Of a stretch of DNA of 64,000 nucleotides, positions 1-22,804 are shown piece after piece (the first letter of the stretch is position 1; every line of letters starts with the position of its first letter). Origin of the DNA: Eledone cirrhosa (lineage: Eukaryota); NCBI GenBank assembly GCA_964016885.1, contig OZ024743.1:151280001-151344000 (forward strand). The letters are read 5' to 3'. The position numbers and the translations under genes were made by a program. The notes below the pieces were generated by a model that searched no databases, was not told the DNA's origin, and saw only the letters and a list, made by a program, of their open reading frames with translations.

Positions 1-423
1 AAAATCAATTTCTGCTTAAGCGACTATGTTTATTTTCACATGTGAGGTTATCAATGTATTCATTTATGAAGCTGATATTCATATGGATTGTGTAGAGACA
101 ACAGGTGTTAGTGTACACAGCAAATTTTAAACCAAGAGCAAAGTTCAGTAGATAAGCCGCATGCATTTTGTGTGCCCTTTCTATATCTGTGTGTGCCTTG
201 TCATACATTGTATGATGTTAATTTGTGTACACACACATCTCTAGAATACTCAGTCACTTCCGCATTATTCTTCCGGTATGGGTTGGACAGATTGTCATGG
301 ATTGAGACTGGATGAGCTGGAGAACCATATTTTGCTTGTACAGTCTAATTTTGGCATGATTTCTAAATACACTTTCTAACACCAATCACCTTACAGAGTG
401 TACTGGGTGTAATGGCATGCATG

Positions 424-525
<102 letters not shown>

Positions 526-3500
526 ATTCCATAAACAATTTGATTAAACTTGCAGTCAAGGAAACTGTTCTAATGTCAATTTATATGTATAATAAATTAA
601 CTTTTTAAGAAGCTCTATTTTTCAGTGTAATAATACAATAGTAATTTAAATTACTATTATCAGTAAACAGCTTACCAAATAATCATATATTACATTACCA
701 AGCAATATTAAATTCATAATATTTAAATGTAATTTCTTACATAAATTTTTAAAATTTTGTGACAAAAGTGATATATAGCCAAGCTATGAATCATGTCAAT
801 GCAATTTATCTAAATTATCATCTAGCAACCACTAATTTTTCCTTCAAGATGTCAATTTAAATAGTAGTAAATCATAGAACATAAAATCACATCAAATGTA
901 TGATGTTACTCTATGTAGAAATGTTATACAATTAAACTCATTTAGACAACTGCAAGAATTCAGGTTCAGGCTTTTACAATCAGTCTTGATAGTCCAATAT
1001 ATTTTCTTATGTAATATTAACTTATCTTCCGATTAACTAGTTCTTGTAAGTTGAGTCACAGTAGTTTTTCAAAATCTCTTATGAAACTGCCTTGTTGCAA
1101 GTTAAACGCTTACCAATCTGTGCTGACTCTATTCTACATCTGAACAGTAATTTTCAGATTAACAATAAGGAAAAGTGAAGAACAATAAAAGACAACAACA
1201 TTGGGAGGAAAAAAAACATGGCTTATTGTTTTCTATAAGAATCTGAAAACAATAAACACTGTTCAAACAATAAGTTGAATTAAATAAGCTAAAGGAACTA
1301 TAACAGAAAACTTGTACAAGAAATGTACAAAACTAAGCAGTATAAATTTAAAAAAAATATATGCAAAATTGCTGTTATTGTGTTTGTTTATTTTGTTTTT
1401 ATTACTGATTAAATAACAATAGATACACATATTCCTTTTGAAAAGGTAACACATGGCACTGTCTGTGGATATCAACTTGTTCCATAGCTGCCTTTTTTTC
1501 TAAATTTAACAAGAAATATTAACAAGAAATATACTCAAACAAATTCTTTTATTTTTTTACTTTTTAAGCTATTGCAAGATACTGAAAAATAATTATCTTT
1601 CAGCTTTCTATACATGATTAATGAAATAATGCACTTTTCAAGAAAAGAATACCATTCACAGTTATAGCCATTATTTCTAAGTTATTTATATTAAAAAATT
1701 CAAACTAAAATTTTTTTAACATTATACAAAAAGCTAGAAGGCAAATTTCAAGAAAAATTGTAACTTTAGAATAATCAATAATTGCCACTACAACTCAACA
1801 TACTTTTGCAACTTATCACTTTGCCTTTGTTTTACCCATGGGCCAACAGTAATAACATTGCTGGTAATAATATTGATAAAAAAAAAATCAATTCTATCAA
1901 AATAATCATAAGCAATTTTACATTTTAAAAATTATATCATAATTATTGAGTGAGAATTTGGTCAATTTTCCCCAAATATAAAATGCTGATCTTTGGGGAG
2001 CTTATAACTTTTTAATAATAAATCCATTAGTTATGTTTTTATATACATTTTAAACCATTTTTAATTTCAGAAACTATACTGCCATCTCACTGGTTGGAAA
2101 TCATAGAATTTGTATTTCATTAGTGGTGCAGTGTTATGTGTTTTTTTCTTTCTATGGCTTAGTTAGAAAAGAACAACACCACCCATGACCATTTTTCTGA
2201 GTATCCAAGTCTAAACTGGATGAGATAAAAGCAGAAACCATGACTCATGGGTTAATGCAATAGGAAGCAGCACATCAAGATATCAAATTATCCTCAGACA
2301 AGATATTTGGTCCAAAGGTTTCCAATTCTGTAGACTTTGCTAAAAGTATTCAAGGGTCAGGTGGTTGCATTAAACTGATTGGCAGATTAACTTTATACTG
2401 CAGAAAAGGTATAGTCACTCTGATGAGCTTCTGCACAGTTTCTGCCAACTTAATTTCATTCACAATGCATGGGTTGGCTGAAGATATAGTGAAATATATT
2501 TTCTCACAGTGCTGCACAGTGGGATGAAATCCAGGACCATGTGATTCCATAGTAAACTTAACAACATAACCAATAGTGTACTCCGCCTGCTCATAATTAA
2601 GTACTATACATAACCAATTTACTGATGTAGGAAACTAATCAGTTAAGGGCCCTGGATTCAAATCCTTCCTTGAATTGGTGGTGGTAGGCACACACACACA
2701 CCAAAATGAGAACTTTGATGGTGCTTTATTGTGTAATAAGAAGAATGAAATGAAGAATCTATAATGAAATATATATTCAGTAAATATTGTTTCAGCTTTT
2801 TTATAAAAGTAGTAAAATATTTACTAAAGCTGAAGAAAGTGCAACTTAAAATTGATTTGTGTAAATAGATTAAAGAATCTTAACTTCTTTTATGCAAAAG
2901 ACAAAAAATGAAAAGTTATAGAAGTATAACACTTTAAGTGACAAATGATACTTGAACAAATTTCTGGAAATTTACAAAATATATTTTGTGTAGTGTTCAT
3001 CGTCTTTCTTCTTATATCTCTCTCTCCCCCCTCATATATATTTACATACCCACCCACACATCTAAGGCATGATATGACCATAGTCAGTGGCTAGAAAGCA
3101 ATACAGAAGTCAGACAGACAGATACACACACAAACACAGATACACAGAAGAGTTTATAATTACAACCAGTTATGGAGATATTTTGTACATTAATAAATCC
3201 ATTTCTAACCCTATAAAACATTTCTTTAATCATGGATAAAATCCTAACCAATATATGCAATTTATTTATTTTCCCTTGTGTAGTAATCAGGTGTTTATTA
3301 AATGTAATGCACTTTTAAAAGGATATACTAAATAAAATTAATCAAATAAATAAATTGATACAGTTCATATGTGGAAAAAAGAATGTGTTCAGATATTTTT
3401 TGCATAAAATAGATACACTTATGTGATATTTACAGGTTTTCAGTAAATAGTATAGTGGATGTTTATACCGTATCACTACACCTTTCATAAATATTGTTTG

Positions 3501-4237
3501 ATACGTTGTGTAGTTTCTTCTCTTTTTCTCATACTTATATGTATCCTTTAAAAAAGTTATGTCACTATAATATAGAATTGTACAATATTCTTAAACATTC
3601 CTATTTAAGAATAAATTCCTATTTAGAAGAATGTGCAATGCTGTTTAAAAGAGAATAAGGCTAGTTTTGCAACAAGAATATTTAACAATAAATAACAGAC
3701 AACTGAAGAGCCTTTAAAAGTCAATGATCAGTTATGACATAATATGTAGGGAGAAAAAACTGTTTATCACAAGGAACAAAAGAAATATTGGGTGACAATC
3801 ATCGACATTAAATATTACTGTTGAAATAATGAAATGTTTATAGAAGTTTAAAATCAGAATAACAAAACAGCTTTGTTTTTACTGCTATTTGTATAGATAT
3901 ATAGATATATGTATATACAGCGCAGCCTTTGTAACTTTATTCTATCAATGAGACCAACACTGTTTCACTATCAAATATTTATCAACATTATAAGCTGAGG
4001 CAGGTAAATGATTTAAAAATAAACGTTTCCAAAAATTTTATGGAGAAAGGAATATGTAAATTGATGATGATGATGATGATGATGATGAAAATAATAATAT
4101 CATCTTCGTAACTACGAGAAACAAAATCAATGTTTTATATATAAAGACACTATAAATATATGAAGTAATGTAATATAATATTTCAAAGTTAATAAAAGAA
4201 AATTACTAAAAGATGTTACAAAGTATAGTGTTCTTAC

Positions 4238-4244
4238 CTCTCAT
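4238..4244 (-). CDS. Candidate coding tail of an alternative first exon (ATG AGA G|gtaaga)
   Basis: GCAACCATGAGAG|GTAAGA: good start context, in-frame TAG 9 nt upstream, strong phase-1 donor. Preceded on the minus strand by ~700 nt of non-TE, CAG-rich sequence. Confidence 0.35.
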
Positions 4245-5331
4245 GGTTGCCTATCCCCTAAGGGTAAAAACTATTTTGAAAAAATTTCTTCAGCTGTTGA
4301 GCTGGTTTGCAGAAGCTGAATAACTAGGAATAGTATAAACTTCTAATGACAGAGGTAGCTGTGTCTGTTTTCTCCATGTAATCAGTTAAATAATCAGTTC
4401 ATGAGTCCATAACTAGCAGGATTAGTGTTTGCGTGGATGAATGGTATTGAGCAACAATGCTGCAGATCTTGATAATAGGAGACACTGAGACATACAGCAT
4501 CAGAGAGAAGAAATAAATTGCTACAGCTGCTGCTTCTTTATCTTCCTCAGCTGCTGCTGCTGGTGTTGTTACTGCTATCTGTTATTTTGCTAGTCAGTGG
4601 TAATACAGAGGGACTTAACACATGCTAAGGAACATGGCATAATACTAATATCAGCCAAATGATGTCACCTCTTTCAAATATGAGTAGAGTAATAAAAAAA
4701 AATGTAAAAATTGTAAAGTTAGGTGATAACTATAGAGGGAGGGAAAAATCAGCAAAGCGGAGAAAAACAAGGCCAGCAGATATTAAAATGCTTACTGGAG
4801 ACACTACTGTTTCAAAGCAGTCCATTCCTTGTTATGAATGTTAGCACTTCTACTACTACTACTACAGCTACTGCCAGTGTTGCTGTTACTCTTCTTATTA
4901 CCTCTACAACAATAGCTGGTCATTTCTATTCATAAGTTTTAACAAAATAAAGTAGAGGTAATATTTCAGACCTAACTAATATGATGAGAAATGAATATTC
5001 ATAGGAATAATTGTTAATGTGAGTATATGTGTGTGTGTGCCTATGTATACATACATTCTCACTTACATACACATATCTATTCAGACTTTCACTTGAACAT
5101 AGTTGAGTCTATGCAGGAAAATGTAAACATCCATTATAATCTTTATTGCAAGGGATTAAATATATATGAAATAAATATTCCTGTAACATTATATCAATGA
5201 TAAAACCATAAGACATGATAACTTCTTTCGTGTTATACCACTTATGATATAAAATTAATAATAATTTTTTTTTTCTCTTTAAAAAGAATGAAATATAGTT
5301 TTGTTTCAGCATGCCAGTTTTAAAGTAGCAA

Positions 5332-5340
5332 ATATATATA

Positions 5341-5372
<32 letters not shown>

Positions 5373-5452
5373 ATATATAATATATATAATATATAATATA
5401 TATATATATATATATATAATATATATATATATAATATATATGATATATATAT

Positions 5453-5500
<48 letters not shown>

Positions 5501-5646
5501 TAATATATATATTATATATATATATATATAATATATATATTATATATATAATATATATATTATATATATAATATATATATTATATATATAATATATATAA
5601 TATATATATATAATATATATATATAATATATATATATAATATATAT

Positions 5647-5711
<65 letters not shown>

Positions 5712-5899
5712 ATATATATAATATATATATAATATATATAATATATATATAATATATATAATATATTATATATATATATATATTATATATACAATATATT
5801 ATATATATAATATATAATATATATAATATATATATAATATGTATATATATAAAATATATATATATAATATATATATATATAATATATATATATATATAT
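5332..5899. repeat. Degenerate (TA)n microsatellite
   Basis: TA run interrupted mainly by TAA. Confidence 0.95.
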
Positions 5900-5900
5900 C

Positions 5901-6088
5901 ATTGTTTCTACTTTAGGCACAAGGCCAGCAATTACCCAGTGTATTACTGGTACTTTATTTTATCGACCCCTTAAGGATGAAAGGCAAAGTTAACCTTGGC
6001 GGGATTTGAACTCAGAATGGCAAGAGCCGTAACTCTATGCGCCAAAGCATGGCATCTGACACTCTACCAATACTGCCAATCCAACGCC
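5901..6088 (-). mobile_element. tRNA-derived SINE, family 1 (Meta-domain/OK-like)
   Basis: Minus strand has A box TGGCAGTATTGG, B box GAGTTCAAATCC, central GCCTTTCATCCTT..GGGGTCGATAAAATAAAGTACC and tail GTGCCTAAAGTAGAAACAAT. Multiple copies in the window; flanked by (TA)n. Confidence 0.85.
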
Positions 6089-6132
6089 TATATATATATA
6101 TAATATATATATATATAATATATAATATATAT

Positions 6133-6165
<33 letters not shown>

Positions 6166-6535
6166 ATATATATATATAATATATATAATATATATATATA
6201 TAATATGTATATATAATATATATATATGTATAATATATATATATAAAATATATATATATAAAATATATATATATATAAAATATATATATATAAAATATAT
6301 ATATATAATATATATATATATATATAAAATATATATATACATAAAATATATATATATAATATATATATATATAATTATATTTTAGTCTTCAAATTTATTA
6401 TTATTACGATATATATATATATATATAATATATATGTATATATATATATAAAATATATATATAATGTATATATATATATAATATATATATGTATATATAT
6501 ATATAAAATATATATATAATGTATATATATAATAT

Positions 6536-7358
6536 TCAGGGAAATGGCCATGTTCGATATGCAGAAAAGGAACTGGCATAAATTCTATAAAATGCACACA
6601 ATGTAGGTCCTGGGTACACAAGAGATGTAGCGGGATAGCAGGCAAATTAACAGGTAGGGAGAAATATGTATGCAGTAGATGTACAGGGAAATTAGACAGT
6701 AGAAGTCGCACTGATAGACACATTTTTCAAATGCGAGAGGGCGCTATAGAAGTGGTGGATAGCTTCCGGTACCTAGGAGATCAGATTAGCATGGGAGGAG
6801 GGTGTTCCGAGGCCATAGTATCTAGAATAAGGACGGGTTGGAAGAAGTTTAGGGAGCTGCTTCCTCTGTTGACGAAGAAGGGTTTCTCCCTGCGTACGAA
6901 AGGCCGGTTGTATGATGCCTGTGTGAGGAGCGCGATGCTGCATGGTAGTGAGACATGGGCAGCTACCGCAGAAGATATGCGACGGCTGGAGAGAAATGAG
7001 GCAAGTATGCTCCGTTGGATGTGCAGTGTAAATGTGCATGAACGACCCAGCATAAATGTGTTGAGAGAGAAACTGTGTCTGAGAGGGATAGAACGTAGTG
7101 TACGGGAGAGGAGACTGAGGTGGTATGGACATGTGATGCGCATGGAGGATGACCGATGGGTGAAGAAGTGCCAGGAAATGCCAGTTGAAGGAAGACGTGG
7201 TAGAGGTAGACCACGAAAAACATGGGCGGAGGTGGTGAGAACAGACCTCAGATCATTGAAGCTCACGGTGGAGATGACGAGGGACCGTGACGAGTGGAGA
7301 GATGCTGTGCTGAATAAGACCCGTCCCACTCTTGCAAGCAGGGAAAAGCGGACGTAAA

Positions 7359-7396
<38 letters not shown>
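6536..7396 (+). mobile_element. 5'-truncated RTE-type LINE (family A), open ORF2 C-terminus with PHD finger, (ATG)n tail
   Basis: Open frame 6536-7357: SGKWPCSIC...CTQCRSWVHKRC...CSRC, then EVVDSFRYLGD, GWKKFREL, LHGSETW, RRLRWYGHVMR and GRGRPRKTW. Stop runs directly into an (ATG)n tail. Confidence 0.93.
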
Positions 7397-7413
7397 ATAT
7401 ATATAAAATATAT

Positions 7414-8452
7414 ATCATCATCAACGTTTAACGTGCGAGTTCCACGCTTGCATGGGTTTGGACGGGGGTTTTCCCACTTGAAGCAAGAGTGATTAACTTG
7501 CTCGCATAGGACTATCTGGCGGGTTTTCTACAGCTGGATGCCCTTCCTAACACCAACCACATTTACAGTGTGGGGCAGGGAGGTTTTTACAGTGTTGCCT
7601 ACACGGCCACATTACAGCGTGAACTGTGTGTTTTTTTGACGTGACACCTACACAATCTCATTTGTTTCGGCCTGGATGTTGTGGCACAAACATAACTTTA
7701 CATTGAAAGGGGCGGTGTGGATGAGGTGGGGGGGGGGTGTATTTTGTTAGAGATGCCTACTGACTGTAGTAGGTTTTACTTTGTATTTAGGTAAGGTGGG
7801 TCTTCTCTATTACTGAGTACCGCCAAAGGTCTCCGTCCAGTGACATTGTCTTGGTGAGGTGTAAGTGTGTGAGATCGGAATTTATCAGCTCGTCCCAGGT
7901 TTTTCTGGGTCTGCCTATTCCGTGGCTACCGTCTATCTTTATTGCCCTGCACTTTGTTATACAGCTATCGACTTTCATGCGCATCACGTGTCCATACCAA
8001 CGTAGCCTTCTCTCGAGTAAACAACATCTGATCCCTCTTATTTCTAATTTTTTCCTTAGTTCGTTTATGCTTTGCCGTTCACGTATATTACAATTACACA
8101 TCCAGTGGAGCATGCAAGCTTCGTTCCTCTCCAGTCTGCGTATATCCTCTGCACACAGTGCCCAGGTCTCACTGCCATGCAACATTGCTGTTCGTATGCA
8201 GGACTCGTTCAACCTGCCTTTCATTTTTAGGGAGAACCCTTTAGCAGCTAATAGTGGTATAAGCTCTCTGAACATTTTCCATCCAGTTCTGACTCTAGCT
8301 ACTGTACTTTCAGAGCACCCTCCCCCACTGCTGATTTTGTCACCCAGGTAACGGAAGCTGTCCACTATTTCTATAGAACCCTCTGTGCAGTTGAAAGAGC
8401 TAGTATTTTGTGGGCACTTGCTGCTACTTATTGCACCAGAGCACCGGCCACA
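7414..8452 (-). mobile_element. 5'-truncated RTE-type LINE (family B) with ~370-nt 3' UTR
   Basis: CGRCSG...EIVDSFRYLGD...RRLRWYGHVMR...GRPRKTW (ORF 7787-8365). 3' end CCCATGCAAGCGTGGAA...CGTTAAACGTTGATGATGAT. Confidence 0.93.
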
Positions 8453-8454
8453 TG

Positions 8455-11269
<2,815 letters not shown>

Positions 11270-11304
11270 CATCATCATCATCATATCATCATCATTTTAC
11301 GTTA

Positions 11305-11602
11305 ATATATATTAACTGTCTTAACGACATCACAACTTTCTCCGCTTGGCCTGTCCCCCCCTTTTGGAACTTTCCCCCGTTGATGGGGCGTGGGCCCGAA
11401 ATATTGGGATTAAATCTCCACTACGGTAACCCTTCTACCTTCGTTTTGTTTTCATCTTTGTCTCTCTCAATTTTCACTTTCACCTGTTTTTTCCTATTTA
11501 TCTTTCACTTCCTACCTCGAGATTTCCCTCTGCATTGTTGTGGCTTTCTTAACTACGTATTTTACACATTTCACAATGCTTCAAGCAAACTTTAACACCC
11601 TC
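11305..11602 (+). mobile_element. Probable Penelope-like pLTR fragment with degenerate hammerhead motif
   Basis: Unique island in (TA)n containing cccg-TTGATG-gggc gtgg gccc-GAAATATT-ggg. Ends in ATG CTT CAA GCA AAC TTT AAC ACC CTC running into TA. Confidence 0.4.
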
Positions 11603-18046
<6,444 letters not shown>

Positions 18047-18098
18047 TATAGATACATATATATATATTATATATATATATATATATTTATATATATAC

Positions 18099-18252
<154 letters not shown>

Positions 18253-18319
18253 TATATATATTATATATTATACATATATATATATATATTATATATATAT
18301 ATTATATATATATATAATA

Positions 18320-18362
<43 letters not shown>

Positions 18363-18562
18363 NNNNNNNNNNNNNNNNNNNNNNNNNNNNNNNNNNNNNN
18401 NNNNNNNNNNNNNNNNNNNNNNNNNNNNNNNNNNNNNNNNNNNNNNNNNNNNNNNNNNNNNNNNNNNNNNNNNNNNNNNNNNNNNNNNNNNNNNNNNNNN
18501 NNNNNNNNNNNNNNNNNNNNNNNNNNNNNNNNNNNNNNNNNNNNNNNNNNNNNNNNNNNNNN
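18363..18562. other. Assembly gap (200 N)
   Basis: Run of exactly 200 N; true distance across it is unknown. Confidence 1.
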
Positions 18563-19063
18563 CCTGGGACGAGCTGATAAACTCCGACCTCACACACTTA
18601 CACCTCTCCAAGACAATGTCACTGGACCGAGACCTTTGGCGGTACTCAGTAACAGAGAAGACCCGCCTTACCTAAATACATAGTAAAACCTACTACAGCC
18701 AGTAGGCATCTCTAACAAAATACACCCCGTCCCACCACCACCACCCCCATCCACACCACCCGGTTCTATGTAAAGTTATGTTGGTGCCGCGCCATCCAGG
18801 CCGAAACAAATGAGATCGTGTAGGTGTCACGACAAAAAAACACACAGTCCACGCTGTAATGTGCCCGTGTAGGCAACACGGTAAAAACCTCCCTGACCCA
18901 CACTGTAAATGCGGTTGGTGTTAGGAAGGGCATCCAACTGTAGAAAACCTGCCAGACAGTCCTATGCGAGCAAGACAATCACTCTTGCCTCAAGTGGGAC
19001 TACCCCCGTCCAAACCCATGCAAGCGTGGAACACGGACGTTAAACGTTGATGATGATGATGAT
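18563..19063 (+). mobile_element. RTE family B 3' end (cut by the gap)
   Basis: Inverted close copy of 7414-7899: WDELINSDLTHLHL..., the same 3' UTR and an (ATG)n tail. Confidence 0.92.
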
Positions 19064-19073
19064 ATATATATAT

Positions 19074-19282
19074 AATTGTCTCTACTTTAGGCACAAGGCC
19101 AGCAATTACCCAGTGGATTACTGGTACTTTATTTTATCAACCCCGTAAGGATGAAAGGCAAAGTCAACCTCGGAGAGATTTGAACTCAGATCGTAAAGGG
19201 ACGTAACTATGCTGGAAAGCATGGCGTCCGACCCTCTACTGATACTGCCAATCCACCGCCCTTACTGCCAATCCACCGCCCT
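19074..19282 (-). mobile_element. SINE family 1 with a 20-bp duplication of its 5' end
   Basis: Same A/B boxes and core as 5901-6088; tactgccaatccaccgccct is repeated at 19243-19282. Confidence 0.85.
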
Positions 19283-19288
19283 TTATAT

Positions 19289-19320
<32 letters not shown>

Positions 19321-19556
19321 AATATATAATATATATAAATATATAATATATATAAATATATAATATATATAATATATATATATATATATAATATATATAA
19401 ATATATAATATATATATATAATATATATAAATATATATATATAATATATATATATAATATATATATAATATATATATATTATATATATATATATATATTA
19501 TTTATTATATATATATAATATATAAATATAATATATATATATTATATATATATATA

Positions 19557-20460
19557 CCACATCCACCCAATAGAGGGACCAGGAGTGTTAGTCGAAGGTA
19601 GTATAATAAGTAAGGCAATCAAAGATGTGAAGACGGGTAAGGCGGATGGGCCTTCGGAAATAGTTGCTGAAATGCTGAAAGCTTCTGGAACGGTGGGACA
19701 CACCATGGTCACCCGGATAGTAAACCAAGTCATACAGAATGGGGTTGTTCCAAAGGACTGGCGTAACAGCATGATCATTAACTGCTACAAGGGTAAAGGA
19801 GATGCCCTAGATAGGAGTAACTATAGAGGCATTAAATTAATCGACCAGGTCATGAAGGTCACAGAAAAAGTAATAGCGCAATTAATCAGAGAGAGAATTG
19901 ATATAGATGAAATGCAGTTCGGGTTTGTATTAGGTAAAAGTACCACAGACGCTCTTTTCATTGTACGACAACTACAGGAGAAGTACCTCGCTAAAAGTAA
20001 ACCCCATTACTTAGCTTTTGTCGACTTGGAGAAAGCCTTCGACAGAGTCCCCCGTTCCATTATCTGGTGGGCTCTTAGAAAACTAGCTGTTGATGAATGG
20101 CTTGTGAGAGCTATACAAACCATGTATAAAGAAACAGTCAGCAAGGTTAGAATTAACAACGAATATAGTGAAGAGTTTAGCGTAAAAGTTGGTGTTCATC
20201 AGGGCTCCGTTCTTAGCCCCCTACTATTTATTATTGCCCTTCAGGCTATAACAGTGGAGTTAAAGACCGGCTGCCCATGGGAACTCCTATACGCAGATGA
20301 TCTAACGCTCATAGCTGAATCAATGGCCGAACTAGTTTGTAAGAAGGAAAATAGGGCGCCGGTCCCATCCGGGAAATGGCCATGCTCAGTGTGTAGGAAA
20401 CGAGTAGGTAGAAACTCCATTGCATGTCCCAAATGCAAAGTATGGGTGCATAAAAGATGT
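19557..20460 (+). mobile_element. RTE-type reverse transcriptase fragment, internally deleted, interrupted in its PHD finger
   Basis: KADGPSEIVAEML, NYRGIKL, QFGF, FVDLEKAFDRV, GVHQGSVLSPLLF, LLYADDL, then SGKWPCSVC...WVHKRC, cut by the next element. Confidence 0.95.
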
Positions 20461-21177
20461 ACTAGTTTCAAGCTTATTAGCTATCATCAGCTAAAGTATA
20501 CCTTCCTGCCAGATGGTTGAACGTCTGAAAGTATATACTTTCCTTATGCATATTAACGGCTGAGCAGCCAAATTTGCATATCGAGTGAGTTAATGTATAT
20601 ATATATATACATACATGTGTGCATGTATGTATATATATATTTATACATACTACTGTATGTCTGTATACATATATGTATGTACGTATACATACTTATATTT
20701 AAGTAACAGCCGTACTAAGAGAAATGAAATTTTGTCTCATTTTTTCCGTTTATCGTTTTCGGTCCACGGCCGATTAACTCACACGATATGCAAATTAGGC
20801 TGCTCAGCCGTTAATATGCATAAGGAAAGTATATACTTTCAGACGTTCAACATCTGGCAAGAAGGTATACGTTGCTGATGATAGCTAATAAGCTTGAAAC
20901 TTGTACAGCGTTCCGTTGTCAGTGTTGAACAAATGAGCAACGATGGTTGCTAGACACTGTATGGCTTAATTCGGGATGTTTGTTTACAAACACACCGAGC
21001 ATTATAATAAATGTTCGGTGAATCCATACGTACATATATATATGTGTGCATGTATGTATATATATATACATACTACTGTACATCTGTATACATATATGTA
21101 TGTACGTATACTTATATTTAAGTAACAGCTGTACGAAGAGTGAGAAATAAAATTTCCTTTCATTTTTTCCGTTGATA
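20460..21177 (+). mobile_element. Hammerhead-containing Penelope pLTR or retrozyme-like element (partial tandem plus 5' inverted copy)
   Basis: 20460-20594 is the reverse complement of 20774-20905. 20615-20752 recurs at 21042-21176 (period ~427 nt). Non-coding. Confidence 0.8.
20869..20911 (+). ncRNA. Type I hammerhead ribozyme (minimal form)
   Basis: acgttg CTGATGA t-agct-aata-agct-t GAAAC tt GTA cagcgt. Full catalytic core, 6-bp stem I (one G.U), short stem II with a U.U first pair, tiny stem III. Predicted cleavage after 20905. Confidence 0.78.

Positions 21178-22804
<1,627 letters not shown>

Noticed and set aside
2415-2450. CTGATGAG motif and the overlapping 66-aa ORF 2350-2550
   Set aside because: No hairpin plus GAAA downstream; the region resembles a decayed SINE.
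6773-8351. Antisense ORFs (6773-7132, 6781-7329, 6963-7223, 7851-8351)
   Set aside because: Shadow frames opposite RTE ORF2 fragments.
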